Virus record (IMG/VR): IMGVR_UViG_3300031841_005424
Coordinates: 14,586-78,585 of that record
Length of the DNA: 64,000 nt
From: a virus
Strand: one strand, 5' to 3'
The notes beneath the pieces were generated by a model. That model was not told the DNA's origin. It was given only the letters and a program-made list of their open reading frames with translations, and did not search any database. Within the stretch, counting starts at the first letter, position 1. The number at the start of each line of letters is the position of its first letter. Shown here piece after piece: positions 28,123 to 38,397 of the stretch. The translations under genes were made by a program, and so were the position numbers.

Positions 28123-30904
28123 GTCCTCTTAATCTCCCCGTAACATCTCTACCTATAACTAGAACTACTGCCTTATCTTGTGGCCTCGAATCGTCAATCT
28201 CAACTATCTCTCCTCTTACTAGGTTGTACCTAACGGCTCCTGAATTGATATTTTTACTCTTGTCAATAACTCCTGGGATGGAAGATCTAGTCGTTTCTTG
28301 ATTTAGAATATAGTCATTGGAAATCTGTCTCGCAAGGGTACTGTCCATAACTCTTTCACCAGTGAGGGGATCGGTCAAGCTTTCCAGTTGGTTGACATAA
28401 TTAACTTGAGATACGTTGGGCAAATCCGTAGACAAGGGAGCAGGGTCGCCTGGGATTGCGTCATTACTAGGTCTTACCTTGTTTATAAAGTCGATAGTCC
28501 TTGGAGACATCTCGACTCCTGATAGGCCCAATTGATCCCCAACTGGTGCGCCAAAGGAGCAATCAAGATCCGTGCTCAGCACACCATTGGAAAACGTGGT
28601 TTTCACTCCTAGTACTGAATAATACCCGCCCAAACCTATCTTGAAGGCCGGGGAGTCAGTGTCGGTGGGCGAACCAAATCCAATATTATTGGGGTTTATA
28701 AATATTTGACTCCCCGGAAAAAACAAATTGTTTCCAATCATAGAGATGCTAGCCTGGTATGGCATTTTAAGTTCATCATACAATCCGACTTGATTTGTCA
28801 TTAACTGCTCTTGTGCAAAAGGTACATCAAATCTACTAAAATTTATTTCTTTTATTAATCCTCGATTCTTTCCCAATAAGAAATGATAAATACCGTCTCT
28901 AGAATCCTTATCTTCATTGCCGGCACGATCAGAGGCTAATTCTCTATCAACTTTTTGAAAAATGACAAAATAATCATTTTCGTCTGTTATCCCTAAAGCT
29001 CTAAAGTCTTTCTGAGGGCTGGGTACTGCTTCTGGATCAAGATCTGCACTCTTTGCTATGGCGCTCCTAAGTTGTGGACCAGTGTATGTCGCAGATACAA
29101 AGCTTGGGGGCGCTGATATAATTTGAGGCGCTATTCCTACATTAGACCATGCTCTACCGAAAGCGTTTGGCAATAGAGTCGAAATACAGTCATTTAAAAA
29201 CTGTGGTACCGTATAAGTGTTCCTATACGAGTTAATGATTTTGTCATACATGAATTCCTGGTATAGTTCCAATGACACTGGTATATCGGCTATATTTATT
29301 CTTGCCATTTCCTCATCCCCTGATGAGGTGTGGTGCTTATATTCAATATCCGCCATGAACACTTTAAAAGTTGTCAGCTTCTTTATTGCTCCATTTATGA
29401 CCGCTATTATTTTGTTTTTTTCATCCTCTGATTTTTTCGAAATAGCTAACAGATCCTTAAACTCGTTCTCTGTGACTTTTAAGGAGGTGGCGAGAGCTTT
29501 TCTAAATTGTTGATCTCTGTCTTGGATGTCTTTAGGGATCAATGGTAACTTTTTTAGCAATTGCGCCGACTCTTTGAGAGACTCTTTTGTCTTTAAAAAG
29601 AATGCCTCTATCAGATCCCCGAACAAAACATAGTTTATTGTCCTGTTTGAATTATCCAGATCGTTTATCATTTTAGTTAATTCTTCGGATTTTCGGTTTT
29701 CATTTTCGATCTGGTCCTTTGGGGGTTCTTGCGACTTTCCTGTCAAACTAGTTGATGCTTCTGTGGGCGCCGTTGCCGTAGTGTCACCCATGACAGTGTA
29801 TTCTAGCATCTTCAGATCATTATCGGAAGTCTTTGTCACCAAAGAATGTATTTTGTTTTTAGACTCTAGAATTTCCATTATCTTTCTTATTTCTAGCGCC
29901 TTTTGTATTTGGCTCCTCCTTGAAGACCCTGGAGTCTCTGGCTTATCTTTCTTGTCTAGAGAGTCTGTGTTTTTACCCTCTGAGGAGAAAAGTTGCCTTA
30001 TATTTGCCCTTTTCAATAAATCAGTCGGAGTGTCTGTTGAGCTAAATATTTTATCTCTGGCTGTATTATTTATTCTAGCTGTATATTCTATATTTATCTC
30101 TGCAGATCCATCTTGTTTGACCTTGATGTCGTGCTTTATAACGTTCATGCGAAGGGCCAAATTTGAACTTTGGATCTCCCTTATTTCCTCTTGTGTGAAC
30201 AAACTCAAACTTGAAGGAGGGATGCTGTACCCTAAAGTAGCTGCTACTTCAATAGGCCGCTCCAAATCACCAGACGTAACTGTTGCTCCATTAACTTCCT
30301 TTTTTTGTGCGCTCCTGGCAATAGAAATCGTAAATAAATCAGCTAATCTTGCATAACCAGGCTGTTTATCAAATATATTAGCCAAGTTATCCACATATAG
30401 TTGTAAATCCGCTTTCAAAAACCTTGGGGCTGTAAATGGATCTGTACCCAGGAAATCAACAGAAAAAGTTTTCACTCCCGAAGCCTTGAGTCGGCTACGC
30501 CCCTGTAGTGTCGCTGCTTCGTCACCCAAAGAAGATATAGGAAAAAAGAAAGGAGTATATATGTCGTCCTGCACCAAAAAAAACCTTATTTCTGGTACCA
30601 ATGCAGTAATCTTGTGAGTCTCAAGATTAAAAAAATGTGCTTTTATAAGCTTTTCACCTGCAGAGTCCCTTGAGTTGTATATTTTAGACATAACTGACTC
30701 TGGACGATAGCTGCCAACCAGCCTATGGATAGAAGTAGCGTCACCGCCAGGAGACAAATCGCTTGACTTTAAACCTGAAGACGCCCCCTCTGTTGAAGCT
30801 CTTTCTCCGAAGCCCAATCCGCCTCCCGAAAAATGCAGAAACATAAGAAAAGCCTGCGGGTGGAAATGGTTTAAAATAAATTCTGATTTTTCTTTAACTG
30901 ACAT
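28115..30904 (-). CDS. Baseplate hub-like protein with large insertions
   Basis: Follows the gp53-like gene; C-terminal ASISMIGNNLFFPG...GYYSVLGVKTTF resembles hub (gp27/late control D) proteins. Confidence 0.55.
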   Translation of the reverse strand: MSVKEKSEFILNHFHPQAFLMFLHFSGGGLGFGERASTEGASSGLKSSDLSPGGDATSIHRLVGSYRPESVMSKIYNSRDSAGEKLIKAHFFNLETHKITALVPEIRFFLVQDDIYTPFFFPISSLGDEAATLQGRSRLKASGVKTFSVDFLGTDPFTAPRFLKADLQLYVDNLANIFDKQPGYARLADLFTISIARSAQKKEVNGATVTSGDLERPIEVAATLGYSIPPSSLSLFTQEEIREIQSSNLALRMNVIKHDIKVKQDGSAEINIEYTARINNTARDKIFSSTDTPTDLLKRANIRQLFSSEGKNTDSLDKKDKPETPGSSRRSQIQKALEIRKIMEILESKNKIHSLVTKTSDNDLKMLEYTVMGDTTATAPTEASTSLTGKSQEPPKDQIENENRKSEELTKMINDLDNSNRTINYVLFGDLIEAFFLKTKESLKESAQLLKKLPLIPKDIQDRDQQFRKALATSLKVTENEFKDLLAISKKSEDEKNKIIAVINGAIKKLTTFKVFMADIEYKHHTSSGDEEMARINIADIPVSLELYQEFMYDKIINSYRNTYTVPQFLNDCISTLLPNAFGRAWSNVGIAPQIISAPPSFVSATYTGPQLRSAIAKSADLDPEAVPSPQKDFRALGITDENDYFVIFQKVDRELASDRAGNEDKDSRDGIYHFLLGKNRGLIKEINFSRFDVPFAQEQLMTNQVGLYDELKMPYQASISMIGNNLFFPGSQIFINPNNIGFGSPTDTDSPAFKIGLGGYYSVLGVKTTFSNGVLSTDLDCSFGAPVGDQLGLSGVEMSPRTIDFINKVRPSNDAIPGDPAPLSTDLPNVSQVNYVNQLESLTDPLTGERVMDSTLARQISNDYILNQETTRSSIPGVIDKSKNINSGAVRYNLVRGEIVEIDDSRPQDKAVVLVIGRDVTGRLRGRG

Positions 30905-30905
30905 T

Positions 30906-31253
30906 CTATCTTTCTCTTGTGGCTATTCTCAATGCTACGTCTAACTCTTTTGGAATGTAAACAATATCTCCAATTTTGAAATGCGCATCAGTTGGCTTGT
31001 TATTATACCACGCAATAATCCACCAATAATCAACATTTCCATAATATTCATAGGCAAACTTGTAAAGTTTATCTCCAGTCGAATAAATTCTTTGAATCGA
31101 AGTGAGGTTTTGCCTCAGTTCCTCCTCTGTTGGGTCTCCTGATGGCATTCTTGATAAAATTTTAGTAGTTTCTATGAATCGTCTATCGTGAACGGTATTT
31201 CTATGAAATTTATCAATGATTTCAGTAAATCTGTATGTATTTCTACTGGTCAT
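30906..31253 (-). CDS. Baseplate wedge protein, T4 gp53/LysM-like
   Basis: GDKLYKFAYEYYGNVDYWWIIAWYN...IYIP. Confidence 0.8.
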   Translation of the reverse strand: MTSRNTYRFTEIIDKFHRNTVHDRRFIETTKILSRMPSGDPTEEELRQNLTSIQRIYSTGDKLYKFAYEYYGNVDYWWIIAWYNNKPTDAHFKIGDIVYIPKELDVALRIATRER

Positions 31254-31268
31254 AGTCTTGTTCCTGTA

Positions 31269-31955
31269 TTAGTCTGTTAGTAATCTATCAATATTTGCTG
31301 AGTTAAGCCTGGCATTATCTCCTCCCTGGTTTGTTACAGATGTTGAAACTCGACCGGTCGAATAAGGGAATTCTTTAGTCAAAAATTCGGTTGTTTCTGC
31401 ATCCCAGCCCAACGGAGATTCATGTTGAGGCACAAAATTAAAACTAATGTTAAACTTTTTAGGGTACAATTCTCCAGATCTTTCTACAAAATATCCCATT
31501 TCTTTATCTGGTTCAAAATTGACCCCTTCTATACAACCAAGTAAAGCGCCGCCAGCTGCACCGGCTGACTGGATCATATTCACAAATTTGACTCTTAGCA
31601 AAGGTGGGGCTTTGATTGTTCTCCCTACGGATCCGCCAGAGCCATCAAGCGGAGCACTATATACGGGATACATCATCCTTACAAGTGTTTGAAACTTTTC
31701 CAAATTCTCTATAGCACTAGTAAAATTTGGAGACAAAACGTCAAATGCCACTGATAAGCGACGAGTCGTATCCTGGTATGGTTTGATAGGATCATTTCTT
31801 CCGAAGATCTTCTCACTACCCCAACCGACCTGATAAGTATCTCTGTATTCTGTTAAAAAAGCAGGAAATGCTACAGTTGTGTTTGTTGCAACATGAGTTA
31901 AAACTACTTCTTGATTTTTACTCTTTGCAACATCATTAAAATTTGTAAAACTCAT
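31269..31955 (-). CDS. Tail tube initiator / baseplate protein
   Basis: FGRNDPI...TTRRLSVAF...APPLLRVKF; lies after tape measure; start MSFTNF after GGAGG. Confidence 0.6.
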   Translation of the reverse strand: MSFTNFNDVAKSKNQEVVLTHVATNTTVAFPAFLTEYRDTYQVGWGSEKIFGRNDPIKPYQDTTRRLSVAFDVLSPNFTSAIENLEKFQTLVRMMYPVYSAPLDGSGGSVGRTIKAPPLLRVKFVNMIQSAGAAGGALLGCIEGVNFEPDKEMGYFVERSGELYPKKFNISFNFVPQHESPLGWDAETTEFLTKEFPYSTGRVSTSVTNQGGDNARLNSANIDRLLTD

Positions 31956-31973
31956 GTTTTTATCCTCCAAACA

Positions 31974-33557
31974 TTACTGTGGTCCGATTGTTATTTCGCC
32001 CTTGCCGTCGATTATTTTAATGGTCATTCCTCCGAAAGCATTAGTTATCGCGTCAGTAATAGACCCAAGAACTTGTTGAGTAACTGTGATCTTTCCAATG
32101 TTCTCTTGCATCCCCTTGGCTATCGCCGCGCCGGCTGCGGCAGCGATAGTAGAATCCATTTTCGTAACGTTGTCTCTAACAAACTTGTCTATACTCGAGA
32201 TCATGTTATTTGTCTTGGTCAAGACGCCAGCAATATTCACACGTTCAATAATTGGCCTTCCCTGATCATCCATTGCAACCTGGCCGGTAGCTTTAGCAGC
32301 TTGTGCCATAACTATCGTAGGAATAGAAGCTCCTGCTTCGGATAATCCTTTAGTAAATTTATTTAAACCTTCAAGTGTTTTCTCCTCCATCTCGACACCT
32401 AATCTAAGCATCTGCAGCTGCATTGTCTCTAGTGGTGTTCTGGTTTTATTGATGGTATTTATCAAAAAATCCATGGTATCGCCGAGTTGTCTAGATTTGA
32501 TCGTGTTGGGATCCGCAGCTTCGATTCTTGCCATGGCGCCCCTTTCGTCGAGGGCAAGGTCCCCTCTGAGGAATCTTCTTGTTTCTTCTACACTTCCGAA
32601 CCCAAGAGACTTTTGAAGTGCCAAAATCTCGAACTTACCCATATCTTCAATACTGCGACCAGATTCCATGATCGCTGAGCGTACTCGAGTGGCGCGCTCT
32701 GTCTCTGTCATGGTCAACAACTCCATGCTGTTGAATGCAGACTTACCCAAAATCTGGTTTAATTGACCTGCCATTTGGGCTGATCCCCTAAAGGTATCAA
32801 GATTTTGACCAAAGACATTCGTTAAAGCGCCGAAGCTGATTCCAGTGGTTGTCGACATCTTTTGCAGACCAATAAAATTATCCATCATCTGATCTGCAGA
32901 ATAAGCAAAATCCTGCTGGGCTCTACGAAAGTTTTGCGCCAGCTCCCTTCCCGAGACTGGTATCTCCCTCTGGACATTGATAAGAGTAGAAGTGAGCGCG
33001 TCTATCTCTTGCTCATTGCTGTTGAAAGCTAAGGCTGCAGAGTCAACGATTTTTGCAAATTCCCCTATATTGAATCCTGCTCGATCAAGAACAACTGATT
33101 GTTTCATCAATGATTCTTGAAAGTTTTCATTCGTAAAAGCCAAAACTTTTGTCGATGCTGCCCAATCTTGATTGATCCTGGCTCCAGCTTTAGCATTACC
33201 ATTGAACAAGATGCTTGCCCTATTTGCCGCATCGATGGCCTTTGAAAAATCAAACATCTGGCCGGTGAAACCCTGTTGGAGATAGTTCTGAGTTGCCTTT
33301 GTGAGTTCTTGCGTCCTTTGTATCAAGGAATCAAATTGCTTATTGATCCGTTCCGTCGGCCTGAGTGCTTCCTCTATTGCTTCTGCGATATTTGTTACAC
33401 TTTTGCCTATAGCTTGACGGACCTCTCCCGGTCTATCATCATCCCTGCCGGCGCCTAGGTCAATGCCGCGCTGCCTGAACACTTCTCGCAGGCGTCGAAG
33501 TTCGCCCTCATCTGCATCCCGGACGGCTTGAACAATCTCGTTTATTTCTAATCCCAT
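31974..33557 (-). CDS. Tape-measure-like protein
   Basis: Helical Ala/Gln-rich 527-aa protein directly after the tail chaperone genes. Confidence 0.6.
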   Translation of the reverse strand: MGLEINEIVQAVRDADEGELRRLREVFRQRGIDLGAGRDDDRPGEVRQAIGKSVTNIAEAIEEALRPTERINKQFDSLIQRTQELTKATQNYLQQGFTGQMFDFSKAIDAANRASILFNGNAKAGARINQDWAASTKVLAFTNENFQESLMKQSVVLDRAGFNIGEFAKIVDSAALAFNSNEQEIDALTSTLINVQREIPVSGRELAQNFRRAQQDFAYSADQMMDNFIGLQKMSTTTGISFGALTNVFGQNLDTFRGSAQMAGQLNQILGKSAFNSMELLTMTETERATRVRSAIMESGRSIEDMGKFEILALQKSLGFGSVEETRRFLRGDLALDERGAMARIEAADPNTIKSRQLGDTMDFLINTINKTRTPLETMQLQMLRLGVEMEEKTLEGLNKFTKGLSEAGASIPTIVMAQAAKATGQVAMDDQGRPIIERVNIAGVLTKTNNMISSIDKFVRDNVTKMDSTIAAAAGAAIAKGMQENIGKITVTQQVLGSITDAITNAFGGMTIKIIDGKGEITIGPQ

Positions 33558-33616
33558 ATACTGTGGATTCCCTTATGATCTCTCATATAGAATAAATAGG
33601 CAAGAAAAGAGTTTTA

Positions 33617-33780
33617 TTATTCTGGTTTCTGTTCAAAGTCTCGCACTAAGCGCTCGACAAACCATTCTCGTAGGCGAACTGGCAAACTATAAGCCTCTGT
33701 GAAAGACCAGTTTGCATGCTTCATAAGTATGAAGATTGATTCGTAAGTAGATTTCTCAACATATTCTTTAGTTAGTCCAA
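33617..33780 (-). CDS. Tail assembly chaperone downstream frame (gpT-like), probably reached by frameshift
   Basis: FGLTKEYVEKSTYESIFILMKHANWSFTEAYSLPVRLREWF overlapping the chaperone stop in the +1 frame. Confidence 0.6.
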
Positions 33781-34658
33781 AACCAGCCCACAGAAAAGGG
33801 CACCTCCTTTTCCGCTGTGGCAGAACATTCAGAACAAGCAACTTCTTGGCTCGTATCAAAGACTGGAATGTTGGTGTTATGGACTATCTTTATTTTTCTT
33901 GCATCTGCAGAAGGTAGAACTTCTGTTAATTTTGCTAAATCTGAAGGGTCTGTCTCTCCGTTGGCTGAGACGAGGACTCTTCTTAAGAATTCTATTGTGT
34001 CACTATGGGGCAAAGATAATTTTTGCTTTTGTTCTTTTGATTTGGCCAAATAAGCAAAATCTTCATTGTTTAAGATTCGGATCACAACATTAAGCTTTGT
34101 GACAGGCAACTCAAAAGATAGCGTTCCGCTTGTCTTATCAAATGTCCAGTCATCTCCATCTTCTATAGTGAATTTTTCTGTTTTTGCCTTGTCCAACATA
34201 TCAGATAAACTAATATCAACTTCTCCGGTGTGACCACACTCTCCACAGTTGTGGATGATTGTTAGCTCGTCGCCATATCCTGTTTTTCTAGCTGCAGTCA
34301 ATAAGGCAACCTTATCACAATCAATAAAGTCTGAAGCTTTAACACCTGGTGTGATCAAAAGAGAGTCAATTAACTTATCAAACACAATACCTTGCTCGAG
34401 ATAGCTATCATTTATCATGATATCCTCTTCTTTAGCAGTCATCGCCTTAAGTTCGATAGTCTCAACACCTTTTAGGGGGCTGTCTTCACTATAGAAATTG
34501 CCGCCACTAGGCAAATAAACTATTTCTGTTGCGACTGCAAAGGAAAGCCCAAATGGATTGGGCCTTTCTTGCGGAACTTCCGGTAAAACCGGTGTTGGGG
34601 TGGTGTTAATTGGTTCTTTTTGTCTAGGTACTCTATTGCGGTTGGTATTTCTTCCCAT
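33768..34658 (-). CDS. Baseplate/tail assembly chaperone, T4 gp26/gp51-like
   Basis: LPSGGNFY, MTAKEEDI, ARKTGYG, CGEC and CSEC pairs. Confidence 0.8.
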   Translation of the reverse strand: MGRNTNRNRVPRQKEPINTTPTPVLPEVPQERPNPFGLSFAVATEIVYLPSGGNFYSEDSPLKGVETIELKAMTAKEEDIMINDSYLEQGIVFDKLIDSLLITPGVKASDFIDCDKVALLTAARKTGYGDELTIIHNCGECGHTGEVDISLSDMLDKAKTEKFTIEDGDDWTFDKTSGTLSFELPVTKLNVVIRILNNEDFAYLAKSKEQKQKLSLPHSDTIEFLRRVLVSANGETDPSDLAKLTEVLPSADARKIKIVHNTNIPVFDTSQEVACSECSATAEKEVPFSVGWFWTN

Positions 34659-34692
34659 GCTTCCTCTTTAAATAAACTAAAACTCTGTATTA

Positions 34693-35280
34693 TTAACCCT
34701 CTGGGTTAAAACCAGCTCCAGCTTGGCTGTTGAAGGTCCAAAGTGTCGAGCCAGCGTAGTTGCCAGTAGCTGTGCGTCCCTCTAAAGTTGCGTAGTCATA
34801 TTTGATGGTGACATCAATGTTCAACAATTCATCGGAACTATAATCTAGTGTATCAAAAGTTGCGGCAGTTATTAAGGGGTTTTTTATTACCCAAGTCTCA
34901 ATAGGGGTTGTTCCATCTGCAGAGAGCTGAGAGAGCTTTATCTCTGTTCCTAGAGCATCAACCATGCCTTGCTTGGAGATTGTAGCAGCTGCTGCCTCTG
35001 AATACTCACTTGGGATGACATACCCAGAATTCTCTAGGATCTTGTAAAGGCTCTTTGTTGAATCGGGATCAACAGGATCAACAATCTTAATCTGTACCTC
35101 GTCCCATGTAACGCGGCCTGGATAATAAAACTCGTAGTTTAAGAACTGATGTGGTGTTGTTGCGACCTTGTAAGCCGGCTTCTTCACACTCTTGACTACA
35201 AACTGTGGTACGCCAGACCAATAAAGAAGCCACCTAAACTTTCTCTTTGGCTCGACTGTTTTTTCACTCCAAAATGCCAT
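34693..35280 (-). CDS. Tail tube protein (T4 gp19-like)
   Basis: EPKRKFRW, PGRVTW, LDYSSD, TIKYDYA; follows the sheath gene. Confidence 0.9.
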   Translation of the reverse strand: MAFWSEKTVEPKRKFRWLLYWSGVPQFVVKSVKKPAYKVATTPHQFLNYEFYYPGRVTWDEVQIKIVDPVDPDSTKSLYKILENSGYVIPSEYSEAAAATISKQGMVDALGTEIKLSQLSADGTTPIETWVIKNPLITAATFDTLDYSSDELLNIDVTIKYDYATLEGRTATGNYAGSTLWTFNSQAGAGFNPEG

Positions 35281-35322
35281 TATTTAAGTCTCCTATTAAT
35301 ATATATTATTCTCTACGTTTTT

Positions 35323-38214
35323 TTAGTCCTCAAAAGAGGCTCCGGAGCGAGTTATAACAAAATCTACTGCGATAAACTCGATAGCGCGCGCTGGCTTCAA
35401 GAAAATCTTTGCGTACATAATGTTTCTGTCGATAAGATCCGGAGTTGTCGTGGTTCTATCGAGCACCACTTTAAAGTCAGCCAAACCAAGGCGAGTCTTT
35501 ACACTCTCGAGGAAAGGAACGACTTGGCCAGTGAATCGGTTCCATGTGGCCGGCAAGTTCTGGTCGAACAACAAGCCACTGGCAATTCTCGATACCTCTT
35601 TCTTAACGAAAATCAACAAACGTCGAACATTGATACGATCCAGAGCCGATGGTGTCATTTGCAAGGTCTTCTGACCAAAGACAACCAAACCCTCTGAAAC
35701 AAAAGAGGCAATTGGATTAATATTCGCCTCATAAAGGGTGTCTCTTTGAGAAGAAAGCAGTTGCTCTGAAGCCTGTAGGACTGGCAATCCGGCATTACCC
35801 TCATTGAGGCCTCCTCGGTTGAAGCCAGCAGGAGCAAACCAAACTTCATCTCTCTGCTCGGTGTAACCCATGACACCCAGAGCAATAACCGAAGGTGGTG
35901 CCCAAACATCCCTAGAGTTAATCGTATCTCTGACCTTTACCCAAGGATAGTATGTGGCTCCGTAAGAAGAGTTGATCTGACGTGCCTTAAGTGCTTTTGC
36001 ACTCTTTTCTGGGTTAGTATTATCAACCCTATCCTTAAATGTGCTGCAGCGCTGCTCATGAGGAGGAATATACACATCTGGAAGGTCAATGATTGCAAGA
36101 GCATCTGCTCTAGCTTCACAAGTTTGAATCAATTTCGTCGTAAGAGAAGCGTTTGTGATGCCAGGCATGGCTGCAAGGTTCATTTCAATTGCCTCTGGGT
36201 CTCTCACTAACTCAATAGCTCTATCAATTGAGGCATGTGCGTAGCTGGTTCTAGTTGTCGAATCAGCATTTACTATTCTCATATTGAATGGGTCAGCCTC
36301 AGTGACATCCACCCCGTCAAAACCATGCGCTAATGGCATGGAGAAAGTAGATACAACACTTGCAAGTGCTGATGCAGAAGCGTTGCTTAAGGAAGTGTAA
36401 GCCGTTCCAGCACGTTGAGAGCCGCTAATAAATGCTACGCTTGTAGGCTGGAATGTACTTAAATCTGCAACGTTAGCTGTCGTAGTGCCGGTCAGGAAGA
36501 CCTCATCCATCGAAAAGATATATGAATATTCACCTGTGGAAGCAATACCGCTAATCTGCTCATTCAAAATCGCACTGCTGTTCCAAGAGCTAGCCCTTCT
36601 TAAGTGGTCTTTCATGCCCTTATTAACAACTGCGAAACTGCCCGTACCATTTGCATCCTTTAGATATTCGGTACTTCCGAGGATGTATTCGGATGCCAGG
36701 TCTGCACTTCTAGAGCCTGTCACAACGCGGGGACATTGTGGCCACTTCAAAGTCAGCGCTTTGCTCCCGTGAGCTGCCCCGAAGTTAATAGACTGGTTTA
36801 ACCACTCACTCGCGCCGTCGAGAGTGCCAGCACCAGAACCGTCTAGCGTTTCTGTTACAGCAGTGGGTACGATAGGCCCAAAGAAACCGAAAGGCACTGA
36901 GGCTGGGTCAGTTGGCCCATTTTCACCGACAGCCTCAGACATTTCGACACGAATGTAACTAGACTGGTTCGGATAGTTGCCGTATACCTTGTTTCTCTTC
37001 TCTACTGCGTCCCACTCAAAATACTGATCACCGATGCGGCGAGCAATAAAGTTGTTAGAGTTTGGATTAAGGTTTAAGTTTTCATAACTGTCAACAACAT
37101 ATATACGATCACCTCGGCGCTGTTCGACAACAACATCAAACCGACCATAAGAAGACGGGCTGCCGGGATCGGCAATCTTGATGTTTGCAATCTTAATATT
37201 CAGATCCATACCCTGCTCGCCCTCTTGAATTGCAATAAATCTAAAGAGCCTTTCAAGATTCTCGGGAGCAAAAGAACCTGTTGCACCATTATACTGCGGG
37301 ATTACCCATCCAGATCGAGCTGCAGCAAGTTGATGCTTATCGCTCTTGAAGTCTTCCATAGACTCGCTGAGCTTTGCTGCAAAGACAAACATAGCCAGAG
37401 TTCCGCCGGAAGTGGTAACTTCTTGAACTATTCTTTCATACTCCTCTTCAAATGTCTCACCGAGCCAATAGTCTTCCGCCAAAGAGCCAGAACTAGGAGC
37501 AATAACATTGCTGTTTGTGGCAACCGGGTTGGTATTGAGAACGTCTCTTATGAAATTTTTACCGTTACGGAACGAAACAGTCTTGTTTACCGTTTTAACC
37601 GGAGAGCTGTTATTCTTCAGAGCTATTGTAAACTGGTGACCGGAAGTAGAAACTGGCTGAACCTGTACTGAGGATCCTGCAGCCTTCGCGTAGGAGGAAG
37701 TAACAGTAGCTGGGTCTGAATAGAGTGCGCCGTTAACACCAAACTCGAAATTTGCATCATTAGTATAAACTATTGCTGCAAGTGATGCAGAGAGCGGACC
37801 ACCGGAAGAACCACTTTGGCCTACAAACAGACCAAAAGCGTTTGTGGCTTCCCATCCTGCCTGACCTGCATCAGAAGCATCATCACCCTGAACGCCTGCA
37901 AGACGAATCACAGTTACTGGTGAATCAATGTCTGCTTTTAGATAAGCCTGGGCAGCATAGGGCGCATAGGCTGGTGCCAATAATCCATTTCCATCTCTCC
38001 ATGGATCCTGACCTTCATTACCAGGGATTGGCTCGCCAAAGACTTCAACAAACTCTTGGAACGATGATACCTTTACTGGTTTCATCGCGGGCCCTCTTCT
38101 AGTGCGACCTATTATTACTGGTCCGACACCATCACGAATGGCTGGAAGCTGGCTATTATCAATCTCACTCAAGAAGACACCAGGCGAGACAAACTTAAAT
38201 TTCTTTGCAGACAT
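35323..38214 (-). CDS. Contractile tail sheath protein (gp18-like)
   Basis: SPGVFLSEID, YYPWV, WFAPAGFNRG, INPI, LDRINVRRL, KPARAIEFI. Confidence 0.96.
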   Translation of the reverse strand: MSAKKFKFVSPGVFLSEIDNSQLPAIRDGVGPVIIGRTRRGPAMKPVKVSSFQEFVEVFGEPIPGNEGQDPWRDGNGLLAPAYAPYAAQAYLKADIDSPVTVIRLAGVQGDDASDAGQAGWEATNAFGLFVGQSGSSGGPLSASLAAIVYTNDANFEFGVNGALYSDPATVTSSYAKAAGSSVQVQPVSTSGHQFTIALKNNSSPVKTVNKTVSFRNGKNFIRDVLNTNPVATNSNVIAPSSGSLAEDYWLGETFEEEYERIVQEVTTSGGTLAMFVFAAKLSESMEDFKSDKHQLAAARSGWVIPQYNGATGSFAPENLERLFRFIAIQEGEQGMDLNIKIANIKIADPGSPSSYGRFDVVVEQRRGDRIYVVDSYENLNLNPNSNNFIARRIGDQYFEWDAVEKRNKVYGNYPNQSSYIRVEMSEAVGENGPTDPASVPFGFFGPIVPTAVTETLDGSGAGTLDGASEWLNQSINFGAAHGSKALTLKWPQCPRVVTGSRSADLASEYILGSTEYLKDANGTGSFAVVNKGMKDHLRRASSWNSSAILNEQISGIASTGEYSYIFSMDEVFLTGTTTANVADLSTFQPTSVAFISGSQRAGTAYTSLSNASASALASVVSTFSMPLAHGFDGVDVTEADPFNMRIVNADSTTRTSYAHASIDRAIELVRDPEAIEMNLAAMPGITNASLTTKLIQTCEARADALAIIDLPDVYIPPHEQRCSTFKDRVDNTNPEKSAKALKARQINSSYGATYYPWVKVRDTINSRDVWAPPSVIALGVMGYTEQRDEVWFAPAGFNRGGLNEGNAGLPVLQASEQLLSSQRDTLYEANINPIASFVSEGLVVFGQKTLQMTPSALDRINVRRLLIFVKKEVSRIASGLLFDQNLPATWNRFTGQVVPFLESVKTRLGLADFKVVLDRTTTTPDLIDRNIMYAKIFLKPARAIEFIAVDFVITRSGASFED

Positions 38215-38287
38215 ATTAACTAATCTCCTTAAAATCAGGCTTTTCCTTAAAATTAGGATTCATGTAAAAAGTAAAATATTACTTTAG

Positions 38288-38295
38288 TAAATAGT
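38288..38295 (-). promoter_or_regulatory. Putative late-promoter motif upstream of sheath
   Basis: ACTATTTA just downstream of a terminator. Confidence 0.65.
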
Positions 38296-38319
38296 TGTAC
38301 GTTTTTTCAAAAGAATAAA

Positions 38320-38354
38320 AGAAAAGAAAAGAAAGCCCCGGCCGAAGCCGGGGC
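38320..38354 (-). terminator. Intrinsic terminator after the fibre gene
   Basis: GCCCCGGC-TTCG-GCCGGGGC followed by TTTCTTTTCTTTT on the minus strand. Confidence 0.9.
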
Positions 38355-38397
38355 ATTTTGGGTGAGAAGTGTGAGGTAAATTTTGGTAAGTATTCTT

